Source: Takakia lepidozioides (lineage: Eukaryota; Plantae; Bryophyta). From it: a stretch of 64,000 nucleotides of DNA. This document shows, one piece after another, positions 40,143-50,431 of this stretch. How positions within the stretch are numbered: the first letter of the stretch is position 1; the number at the start of each line of letters is the position of its first letter. A program made the translations under genes and the position numbers. Under the pieces are notes generated by a model. It was not told where the DNA came from, did no database searches, and saw nothing but the letters and a program-made list of their open reading frames with translations. Location of the stretch: the NCBI GenBank assembly GCA_030704615.1, contig CM060732.1, positions 62,558,001 through 62,622,000 on the forward strand, read 5' to 3'.

Positions 40143-40625
40143 CTACCTCTGTCCAAGGCATCGTGGACACAACCATTCTCCACTATGAACCTCCTCAAGT
40201 GGCGGTGTCAAGCATCTCATGTGCCACCCCCTTGAGCATTTGTCACACACCAACATGGTCGCAGTACCACCAGCATGCCCACATAGCATGCAACGCAACC
40301 CTGCAGGTACCACTGCAAGGTTGGGATCTATCCTCCCATCCACATGTGGAAGGTGACAGGGCGCACGATTGCGCACATGGTCCTTCCATACCATGCCATC
40401 TCGACCCTCCAGAATCAACACGCTTGAATGCAACACCTCCCGGACCCTTAGAATCACACGACTTGCTGTAACATCCAAGGTCGTAGACGCTGTCTGCTGC
40501 AGATACACATAGTCCCCAAGATGGAAACGCCGAACACCTGGCCGATATCCCCCTCCACGTATAGTGACGTACCTCAATGTGTCTCGGTGTTGGGCAATAG
40601 CAAGGTTCTCAAAAGCCATAGGCAT
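40143..40625 (-). mobile_element. Ty3/Gypsy integrase C-terminus fused to a PHD finger (fragment)
   Basis: AQHRDTLRY...FHLGDYVYL integrase tail followed by C-x2-C...C-x2-C-x4-H-x2-C...W-x-C-x2-C (CMLC, CDKC, WHMRC, WLCPRC). Confidence 0.85.
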
Positions 40626-40695
40626 GACTCTCTTGCTTAGATTGTGTGGTGGACAACGATGTATGTTGTGGCACGATGCTTAGGTGCACGATAGC

Positions 40696-41137
40696 TGTCA
40701 TGGTTTTAGTCATGGTTATCTAGAATTACCTACTTCTAGTTAACTAGGACATTTTAGATATTTATATTTATAATTTGTGTGTTGGGACTTCATTTGGTCT
40801 CACATGCCAAGTGAGGTGTCAAGCCTCACTTGAGACATGAAGATAGGTTTTCCCCTTGTGAGGATGGAGGAGGCTCATCTTCAGTTGAGCATCTATGAGC
40901 CTCTCTCACCTCCATAGCTCTAGGTATTGAGATGGAGTGTGGTGAGTGCTTTGTAGGGTGGATTCCTTAGTAAGGGTGCCCTTGGCTTGACTTAGTTTAT
41001 GTGATTGAGTGGATTCATGAGTGGAGGGTTTCTATTATGTTCACTTTTATTATCATTGTGGTATAGCTTTGATTGTGTGTTTAGATTGTGTGGTGGACAG
41101 CGATGTATGTTGTGGCACGATGCTTAGGTGCACGACA
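40696..41137. mobile_element. LTR (442 bp, TG...CA) with its last 57 bp duplicated immediately upstream
   Basis: TGTCATG...CACGACA termini; 40637-40693 matches 41081-41137 at 55/57; adjacent to the integrase-PHD fragment. Confidence 0.7.
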
Positions 41138-41936
41138 CCCTAAAGGACGAGCTATTTTTTGGTGGGCCCACTAAAAAAATGGTACTTACCCTTATGGACG
41201 AGGGTGTAACTTCTTACCCCCAATCATCCATGGGGATGAACCTTATACTTATGTGCATATCTACTAGATCCATGTCCTGTCAAAATTATAGGCAAATTGA
41301 CCATTGCATTCAGGAGATAATAACAAACTGCCTCAATTTGTAAATATATTCAAAAATTGCATGGAAAAAATTGTTTGACCACAAAATTGAAGTATCGAGT
41401 TGAATCTTTCCAGACAAAGGCCCTCCATAATCTGATTATATGGCACCTAAACTTTTGCCTCCCAAAAAAATCAGACCAAAATTCCAAAAATTCAGATAGG
41501 CCGCTTTGTATGTGAAATATGGGGGGTAAATTATCTTGTTTTGGCTTCTTTCCCAAGTACACCCATGAGGTGACATTTGTTTTCCAATTCCTCTGGTATG
41601 TAAGTGCACAGTAACATTTCATGGCGTCTTGTCTAAATTTTTTGGCATTATGATAAATTTTCAGCCCTAGATGTTATCTTGAAGATTGCCCATTTGGTTG
41701 CCATGTAGGCAGGTCAACGGTGCTCTAACACAAAATTTCCCGAAACCAGGCACTTTGCAAAATTCTTGGGAGCAGAGGTTTTATGATTTTTTGGCATTGT
41801 AAATTCCAACATGTGCTCCTCTCTGACATCTACAATTCGTCTTCAAGGTTCACTTCCATCCACTATCATCCATGGGAACTGGAGCATGGCAAGTAATCTG
41901 ACGCGACCCGATTCGGGTCGCGTCGTCCTTTAGGGG
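41138..41936. mobile_element. TTAA/CCC-type (piggyBac-like) non-autonomous element, left end clipped by the LTR
   Basis: CCCTAAAGGACGA at 41138 and TCGTCCTTTAGGGG-TTAA at 41923-41940. Palindrome GACGCGACCCGA-T-TCGGGTCGCGTC next to the right end. Confidence 0.8.
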
Positions 41937-42051
41937 TTAATTCGTGGACCATATGGCTACTGCTCGAACCTGAATACCCTCTCCACATCTTTCTACATCT
42001 CTTGTGTCCACCCGTTTAACAACGGAACAGTGTCAGCAGTATGGAAATAAC

Positions 42052-42397
42052 CAGTGTTGGGAGGTTCTTTGATTCAGCTCCAAACCCCCGGAGGTTATTA
42101 AGAAGGTTATATGCATATATGCCCGTGGTTCTAAAAAAACAAAGAACCGGGAAAGGCTCATAACCGCCAGTTACGCAGTTTTGAGATAACCAGCCTAAAC
42201 ACCGTCAAAGATCCATCAAAGTTCCGTCGGTTCTTTGATGAAAACCGCCGGTTCTTTGAGTTTCTCACAATTAACCGGAACCGGTGGTTCTTCCAATGAA
42301 AAATATTTCAAAAAACCGGAACCGGAGGTTCTTTGATCCTAAGATTTTGTGAAAACCGGAACCGGAGGTTATGAAAGAAATCAACCGCCCAACACTG
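42052..42397. mobile_element. hAT-type MITE
   Basis: TIR CAGTGTTGGG...CCCAACACTG with a perfect 8-bp TSD GAAATAAC (42044-42051, 42398-42405); many AACCGG subterminal motifs. Confidence 0.9.
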
Positions 42398-43824
42398 GAA
42401 ATAACCCAACCAGTGTTGGGCAGTTATTTGATTTCTTTAATATTAGGCAGTTACAGATGTTTCACTTTAACTTTGTATTCACACCTCCGGTTCCGGAATT
42501 TCTCATTTTTGTTATCCTGCCGGTTAACAATAAATATAAAGTTTAAGCCTATGCGGTTATAGACAAATGGACTTTCTCTCTAGATGGCATCCGGCGGTTC
42601 AGTATCCGGTTATCAAACAAGTCATGGTTTACTAAGATGATGTAAAAGAAACCAAAAATTAAAATCTAATGTAAAAATATTAATGAAAAATAATAAAGTT
42701 ATTTGTATCACAGAGTTTCATTAGGAGCTGAACCATAATCTGACCTAAATTATATCACAGTTCAACATATTTGAGGTGTTCATCAACGCTATTCAATCCC
42801 GTTATTCAATGGCCACATCGTTTGCGTAACCATATATAACGTGTTAGTAACCTCCGGTTAACCCCTAAACGACAAGCCGACCCGAATCGGGTCGGCCCGA
42901 TTTTTCATCCATCCGTAGCATGCACGGATGAAGTCCGATGAACGAGCGGCTTGAACGAAAAATGTAGCGCAGAACGAGCTGCACACGCATGTCTTTATGG
43001 TGCCCCCAACAGAGAAAAACTCCGCCGTCAAGAATTTTTTGAAGTTTGGGAATTGTAGGATTGGGGGGGGGTTTCATGCAAAGGTTGGAGTCGGGTGTTT
43101 GTGAGGCCCTCCCCAAAATGCAAATGACGCAACGGCGTGAGCCTTGCACGTGAGCGTACGCTCACACATTGGTGACGTGGCGTAAGCGTACACTAACGCT
43201 GACATGGCGTGAGCGTGATGTCAACAGGTTGATATGGAGACAAATACTGACATGGCACTGCGTCGACATCTGCCAGATCAGCATAAACATACGGCGCCTA
43301 TATCCGAGGAGGGTCCTATGACCATGGGATTAATCGAGGCAATCATTGGCTGAATACAATGAAGACTACCATCAAATACCCGAAATGGAATATAAGCCTA
43401 CAAATGGGAAATGAGAAATAAGCCTCCATTCCACAACATTGTGCAATTAGAATTGTAAGTTTCAGTATTACAATTACAAAGACGACAAAACAACCTCACA
43501 ACTTGAGTGACATAGAGGCTGATACAGGAAGACCCTGCTTCCTCCCCAAATAACAATGAGAGTTGGGATCACATTCAAAAGAAGCCTGCAGTACATAGCG
43601 ACGGTAGCATTTCCACATCCTGGATCTTGTTGTGTGCTTGTCTGTTTCTTGTGCCGATGCGCTCCCTGGCCGCACCTCTCCCTTCTCCTTGTGCTACGTT
43701 GTACTCTCTTATCACGGTCTCGCTTACGTCTCGAGCGCCGAGCTCGCACTGTGGTGTTGTACGTAGCTTGCAGCTATGGCTATTACCCTTGCTATATTTG
43801 GCCATGTCTAAAGCGGTGGATACA

Positions 43825-44390
43825 CTATTTTACTAGAGCTAGGTCCACTACCCATCGGTTATGGGCTCTGGCGCTACGTTTCTTGGAGAGAATAATGTAA
43901 TGGAGCGCCGGAAGGGAGAGATCGGGATCACAAACCATCATCTTCAAGAAGATGAAATACAAATGTTTGCAGGGTATGAATTTTCCCTCTCTTTCCCAAA
44001 CTAGTTCAAAGCATACCAACAAAATCCGGACATGTGCAATTAGGGAAATTGGAAACAGTGATGTCGTACGCCCTGTCTTGCAGAGCAGATGTGGACGTGA
44101 TCATTGTGTACACCCGAACATACCCCGGATCGGGCACTTCCGTGGTACCTGCAACACAAGCTTGAAGCATTCTTGCGGATTCCACCTTGCTGAAGTGTTT
44201 TGCAGTTGGAGGAAAACGCCGAACCAGCTTTCCATCCCGTTTTGTTGGCCATAAATGAACATTTGCGGGAGGGACCCGAGAATTCGCGGAACTGGAAGCG
44301 CCACAACGCACAGGGGGTTCCTTTACAAGGGAGAAGCCGACATCCTCCAGCATTGCAATCTGTATACAGGTGGATTTTCATATGCCCATT
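43825..44390 (-). pseudogene. SWIM zinc-finger protein remnant inside the TTAA element
   Basis: YDITVSNFPNCTCPDF...(stop/frameshift)...GKFIPCKHLYFIF gives the CxC-xn-CxH SWIM motif. Confidence 0.75.
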
Positions 44391-44489
44391 CTTGAATTTC
44401 CTTGCGATGATCGTTGGCGATCATCGCATTTTCCTGTTGCCTACAGTGACCATTTCCAATAGACAGAGCCTTTCCCCGGCAACAAAGTC

Positions 44490-45050
44490 AATTTTATTTT
44501 TATTTTTATTTTTTCTTTGCAGTCAGTCTTATTCTTGCAAAGAAGTGATGATCGGCACCGATCATCACTTACAATGTTTCAAGATCGGCAACGAGGTCAG
44601 TTTTAATTTTTTAATTTTTTTTTCTTTGTAGTCAGTCTTATTCTTGCAAAGAAGTGATGATTGGCACCGATCATCACTTACAGTGCTTGAAGATTTTGCA
44701 GATCGGCAACGAGGTCCGTTTTTTATTTATTTATTTTATTTTATTTTATTTTATTTTCCTGCAGTCAGTCTTATTCTTGCAAAGAAGTGATGATTGGCAC
44801 CGATCATCACTTACAGTGCTTCAAGATTTTGCACATCGGCAACGAGGTCAGTGTTTTATTATTATTATTATTTTGCAGTTAGTCTTATTCCTGCAAAGAA
44901 GTGATGATCGGCACCACTTACAGTGCTTCAAGATTTTGCAGATCGGCAACGAGGTCAGTGTTTTTTTTTTTTTGTTTTTTTAACAGCCAGTCTTATTCCT
45001 GCAAAGAAGTGATCATCACTAATAGTGCTTCAAGATTTTGCAGAGTATTT
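44490..45050. repeat. Tandem array of ~5 units (~110-130 bp) containing the palindrome GTGATGATCGG-CA-CCGATCATCAC or variants of it
   Basis: Unit CAGTCAGTCTTATTCTTGCAAAGAAGTGATGAT...GATCGGCAACGAGGTC separated by T-rich spacers; starts near 44520, 44630, 44762, 44876, 44984. The palindrome is partly deleted in the last two units. Confidence 0.9.
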
Positions 45051-45487
45051 TTCATTTTGGCCAAAAATGTGGTTCACATTGTTTTGATTTCGTGTTTGAG
45101 TCCTACATCTTCTCCCATTGCAAAATTAGTTATCCATCAAAACATGATCTTAGGGCTGGAAGGAAGTGATGATTGGCACTGATCATCACTCAAATTGTTG
45201 TGTGCTTTTGTAGAGAAATTTTTATTTCGCCTAGAATTGTGAATTATATCGTTTTGCTTTCGTGTTTCAGTCCTACCTTTTCCCGATTGAAACCAAAATC
45301 TTCAAGAAAATATGATGATCAGCGGCGATCATCAAATTTAGACCTTTTTCAGGGTGGTACTTGTGAGATAGTAGAATTCCCATCAACAGTCACTCACTGT
45401 AGGAAATATGATGATTGCCGGCGATCATCACATTCTCATGTTTTGTGAATTGACATGTTGGAAATTGCATTGGTTTTGTGAGTTTAC

Positions 45488-46106
45488 ATGTACACAAAAT
45501 ATGTGCTCATGGAGAGAAAACACTTGAGCGGTGTCCCTATCGACATGTGGTTGGATCCTGCCAATGACCTAACCATGTACACAGCTGGGATTTTGAAGGA
45601 CTGGAATCCTGCCCATTGCAGGGACTGCGGATGGTACCTCGACTACCCTCCTGAGCACACAATGTTTCAAGAACTGCAAATGAAACATATGAACAACCTT
45701 GCGGAAATGCTGACGCCTCTCGATGATGACGAGTATCGGAGAAGAATAGCTGCATTGGCCACGAAGGAGCATAGACTTCTTCATACATCTTTGGGTGACA
45801 TGTTAGCCCGCATAATTGATTTGTATTATTAATACCAATTTTCTGAATCTCCCTTGCAGGAAAGGCAGCTGTGGGTCTTCAGGAGCCTCCATGATGTGGG
45901 ATGATTCCGTATTCGACAGCCCCCTGCCCAGTTTTTTGCTTCCTGTGTATACAGAAGAAATGGCACTTCACATGTCCGAGGCTCCATCACCTGATCCCAT
46001 AATGTCCGCACGCGGGAGTAGACATCCCAGGTCCGGAGTTATGAAATTTTTGGACTTGGATGCAGATTATGCAGGGATATGTTATGATGAGTCCGAGTCA
46101 AATTGA
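45488..46106 (+). other. Uncharacterised coding-like cargo ORFs in the TTAA element
   Basis: A 114-aa ATG ORF with CxxC (HCRDC) and an adjacent acidic ORF ending KFLDLDADY; protein-like composition, no recognisable family. Confidence 0.35.
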
Positions 46107-47902
46107 CCTTCAAAGTTCTATGTACTCTTTCTTCATCCTCATAAAAGTATTTTGACTTGTTGTGACAGTTCATTTGTCCCAATTACGACGGAATGACTAA
46201 TTATAAAACACACATTCACAGGTTGACATGGCCCTACATGATATTGAAAAACAAGAAATCCAACAAAGTTAGAAATTGCTTTCAGGGAAAAAACTACATC
46301 AATCCATCGCAGCGTTCGTACTCATTCCCCTTACATTCATCCATTCTACATTTATCCATCCTGCATTCATGAATCCTTCGCATTGTTTGCACTCATCCAT
46401 GTTATATTCATCCATGCTACGTTCATCCATCCTACATTCATCCAATCGGTCGGCTGGATGTTAAAGATGTAGTCTACAATGACTGGAAAAAATAAATCAT
46501 TCCGCGGAAATAGGCACCTACCTTCTGTCAGCGGTTATAGGTCCGTGCCTTTGGAAATGACGTGGCGTTAACCACGCTGGCGAGGACTGATGACGTGCCG
46601 TGACACCCGTGAACCAACGTGGCGAGAACTGCTGACGTGGCATGAGCATGGTTGTGCTCACGCGGATGCATCCCCCCCAAAACACCGAGGAATACCGGGA
46701 CGGCTCGAATGAGCTGGCCCTAGCAAATATTGGGGAACGCCGACGTGGCCCGGAATACGTCGCCGGATGCAGGCAAAATTCCGGCCAGCGATTGCCTGAC
46801 CTGGAGGAGCCTGGAAATTTCACAAAATCCCACATCCCAAACAAAATTTAGGGAATTTTTGGGAAATTCTTGGGCACGCTTGTGTAGTTCTTGGCGTATG
46901 AGCGACCAACCGTTGGAATTCCCAATTGAAGAAAAATTTGGGGTCCCAATTGGACCTCTACCATTTCCTTTGCAAATTCTCTTTTTGGACCCCCATTCCA
47001 GTCACATACAAAGCAACCCCCCCTTCATTTTGGCAGATTGGGGTGAAATTTGGTGTGAGGGTTTGGGATTGTGCACTTCACTAGAATATAGCACTTTTTC
47101 TCCGAGGAAAATTTGGGATCATGGATTTTTTGCTTGGTCAAACATGAACTTTTGCTTTGTTTTTTCCATTTTCCAAAAAATGCACCATCTTCAAATAGTA
47201 TAATCTCCCAAACTACACGGTGGAATCTCCCCAAATTTGGGGGGGCTTGTGCATTTGGTAGGTAGGAATAAGTTTGTACGGTTCATCTAGGTGGATGAAC
47301 GTTGGTAGTCAGGTAGCTGCTGACATGTGAGGGTGGGTCCTGGAATTGTCCAAAACCCAAAAACTGCTCTAGTCCTTTAAGGGTTAAAGGGTGGATATAA
47401 GGGTTCATAACCTGTAGGCCACTAGTTCCGGATCAAAACAAATATAAAAGAAAAACAAAACCACATGTTCTCAACCGGATCCGGTTATCCGAGCTATTCA
47501 TATCCGGCGACCTCCGGCAGATCCACATATATATATATCTGGGTTGGGATCTGCCGGGGGTTTAAGGCAGAATCAAATATCCGCCCAACACTGATGAAAA
47601 CATCTCAATGTGTAGGGTAAGCAACCCACGCACCTGTCTCCACTTTTTGCATCCTGTGCTTAGTAACCATTTACTCCCGACCTTCTGAACTTACGTTTCG
47701 ATATGTGCTAACTAACTAGATTAACAGAAAGTTAATCGGATGGATTAAGTGCTAATGGACACACAATAAATGGATGAGAATCATTCACTTTTTGGAGCCC
47801 GCCAAGTTGAGCTTACATCCACTTTTCATTTTTCCTTCGAACTAAAGCTAGCGACGTGTAGTATGTTAGTAAAGGCGCGAGGTGATTAGTGAGTTGCTTA
47901 GC

Positions 47903-48200
47903 AGTAAGTTGCTTAGATCGCTGGGAGAGGCTGCATTGAGAGTTGTTAGCGACCTCGCAGAGAACAACCGTAGTGAAACCACCGCTATATTCTTTCGTAC
48001 TAGAGAACAGGCTGTGTTCTGCCCTGTGCGCTGCCATAGGGCTTGCCCGTAAGTTGCTTAGATCGCTGGGAGAGGCTGCATTGAGAGTTGTTAGTGACCT
48101 CGCAGAGAACAACTGCAGTGAAACCACCGCTATATTCTTTCGTACTAGTGAACGGGCCGCGTTGGCCGACTTTGCCCTGTGCGCGGCCATAGGGCTCGCC
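47903..48200 (+). repeat. ~145-bp tandem duplication with further degenerate pieces at ~48560-48715
   Basis: GTAAGTTGCTTAGATCGCTGGGAGAGGCTGCATTGAGAGTTGTTAG...TTTCGTACTAG occurs twice, nearly identical. Confidence 0.85.
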
Positions 48201-48216
48201 CGTTCACTGGCGTTAA

Positions 48217-48472
48217 GAGCAGGTGTGGCGGATTCTCGCCGCTACATGGCGCAATATGATTGAGGTTCGATTATCCCATATCGATTGCCCAGATTCAGAG
48301 CCCCGGAGAAGATGTAAACGGGGCAAGCCTCAGGGGTAGGTGGGTGGGTTGATGGCTGGTGACATGGGCCTCGGTGGTAGGTCAATCGGCCATCCCTGCC
48401 GATTCTGCCCTTGTTTGCCGATTCGGCCTGAGAATTAGGCCGAAAAAGTGGCAGAATCCGCCACACCTGCTT
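48217..48472. mobile_element. Small TIR element flanked by TTAA with purine-purine termini (Kolobok-like MITE)
   Basis: TTAA-GAGCAGGTGTGGCGGATTCT ... AGAATCCGCCACACCTGCTT-TTAA. Confidence 0.65.
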
Positions 48473-50431
48473 TTAACGAGCGCTAAGTTGTCCCTGCTAA
48501 GTTGTCCCTGGGACTTTTCCCCAAAGCGAGCGGCATGATGTACCAAATAGGTTGCTGGGGGGTGGCATTGATGAGAGTTGTTAAGGACCTCACAGAAATA
48601 ACAAGGGTGTCATAACATCAGCAGGTCCTATCGTACACTGGTGAATGTACGTGTCTCTTTTCGGATCACCCGCACTGGTAAGTAATCTGCAGTGAAACCA
48701 CTGCTGTATTCCTTAGCACAGCAAGGATCGACTATTTGCAGACTTTTTGGAGATGGTGCCACAGCTGTTTGGCATACTACACGAAACCCAATGGGCTGGA
48801 CACATGATTGTGCTAGACAGTGATGGGGCGATCAATGGATACCTGATAGAGGCTTGCATGTACAATTATCTGAAGCTAGCCATCCCCACGGTCTCAAAGA
48901 GCTTGTGTCGACCCAAGGGGAGGATTGGCTGGCTTGGCGAAGTAACGATACTCTATGCACAGTGTCTGGGCAGTTGTCAACCAGATAGATCAGGTTCCCA
49001 GTCGCTCAAGGAAATCGGCGTCCGTGGAAAGGGGCAAAGCATGGGGATTACTGGTTTTCACTTTGCGCATTGAGAGTAGGAGCATACCAATCCAACCACA
49101 AATTCTTTTGCACAAGTTTACCCTAGGGATATAGTAGCCCATGCTAGGAAATGATGCAGCCCATCACCTTCTTGCTCAGACCTATTCTTAACAGCAATGC
49201 TACCACTTCCGTTGCTGAATGACTAGCCAGAGTTACTGGACACTGGGCGAACCATATGTGTCACTCAATTAGGATGACACTGATGTTCTAGCTTAACTTG
49301 CCTTCAGAAAACTGCTGCACTTTAAGGATGACACCAAAAGGCATCAATCATGTCATCCATGACTTAGAATTAGTAACCCTGATACAGAGCTAATGCCAGA
49401 GATTTTCCCAAGAGACAGCAGTTGGTTCTAGGACATTTCACTATGCTTGGAACTACAAAACTTGTCCCAAAACAAGCACATTCTTCAAGTGCTCTTACCT
49501 GATCACTTGTAAACCTGTAGGTGAGTTTCAAGAGAAAGCTCATACCATTGTTCAAGCTCTCATCCCCTCTCCTCAATTTCCACCTCATACATGCACAAAG
49601 TTGGGTAGGCAGCTCGATGGGCAAATATGCGAACAGTAGCCCTTCTGTTTGCCGTATCTCACCCTCCCAGCTCTGTTCCATTCGCCACAATCTGCTAGAG
49701 CTGGCTGAATTGGAGTACCGGTTGCGGTTCTCTTTCCACATGCGTGTTTGTGGTAGAATTGTGTTGAGCTTACCAGAGATCATCTTTAGTTGAGGCAGAG
49801 CTATTTCAGACCCCCCCACCCAACCCAAGGGGGGTTACATCCTGTGGGATCAATGGTCACAAGGCTATGACATCTCAAAATCTCAGGGCATTACACTTTC
49901 TCACTCTTCCATCTTTTTCTTTTTCTCTCTACAGGACATGTGAAGTTTTAGTGAAAATGTGCCTCAGCCAAAGGGTTGAGGGTACCAACTTACTCTAAAC
50001 TATGTCACTCGCATATTCACAGAAGCTTTTACTCCTTGATATGTCCGCACAGCTTGTTACAGGGGCCGGATGTGACACCTGGCAAACAAACAGAGTTACA
50101 ACAGCAAATATCTGCTCGAACTGCAGGAATGTCAATGTCCGTCCTTGGTAAGCCCTACGACATCGAACCATCACTAGTAGGCAGTAAGCATCTGCATTAT
50201 GGCGTAAGAAAAGAGACAGACAGACAGACAAGATTATGTGCATAGTCCTCCCTCTCCCCGGCCTGGCTCTACACGCTGGTATTAAAAAGACATACAACCA
50301 ATGCACCAAGTTCGGTCTGCTAGATGAGTCCAAACCGGCTATATATTGCACCAAAACAACCAGAGAATTGCAGCTTGGTGAAGCAGAATAATGCAACATG
50401 GAAATCCGATTGAAAAACCTCAATGTCGATC

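Larger units (their letters stand above)
42862..47383. mobile_element. 4.5-kb TTAA-flanked CCC...GGG element carrying cargo
   Basis: TTAA at 42858-42861 and 47384-47387. TIR CCCCTAAACGACAAG versus CCCTTAAAGGACTAG (12/15). Palindrome GCCGACCCGA-A-TCGGGTCGGC near the left end. Confidence 0.8.
42411..47593. mobile_element. Second hAT-type MITE of the same TIR family, split by the 4.5-kb TTAA element
   Basis: CAGTGTTGGGC at 42411 and GCCCAACACTG ending at 47593. ACCGG/CCGGTT-rich sequence lies on both sides of the insertion. TSD not preserved. Confidence 0.65.

Noticed and set aside
44490-45050. CRISPR-like appearance of palindromic repeats with spacers
   Set aside because: Spacers are T-rich and similar rather than unique, whole units are duplicated, no cas genes, eukaryotic context.
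47920-48600. Hammerhead ribozyme in the 145-bp repeat (TTGATGAG...GAAA)
   Set aside because: Core is not CUGANGA and stems I and III cannot be paired.
49370-49828. 152-aa minus-strand ORF as the continuation of PSMD9
   Set aside because: No resemblance to the PSMD9 coiled-coil or PDZ domain.
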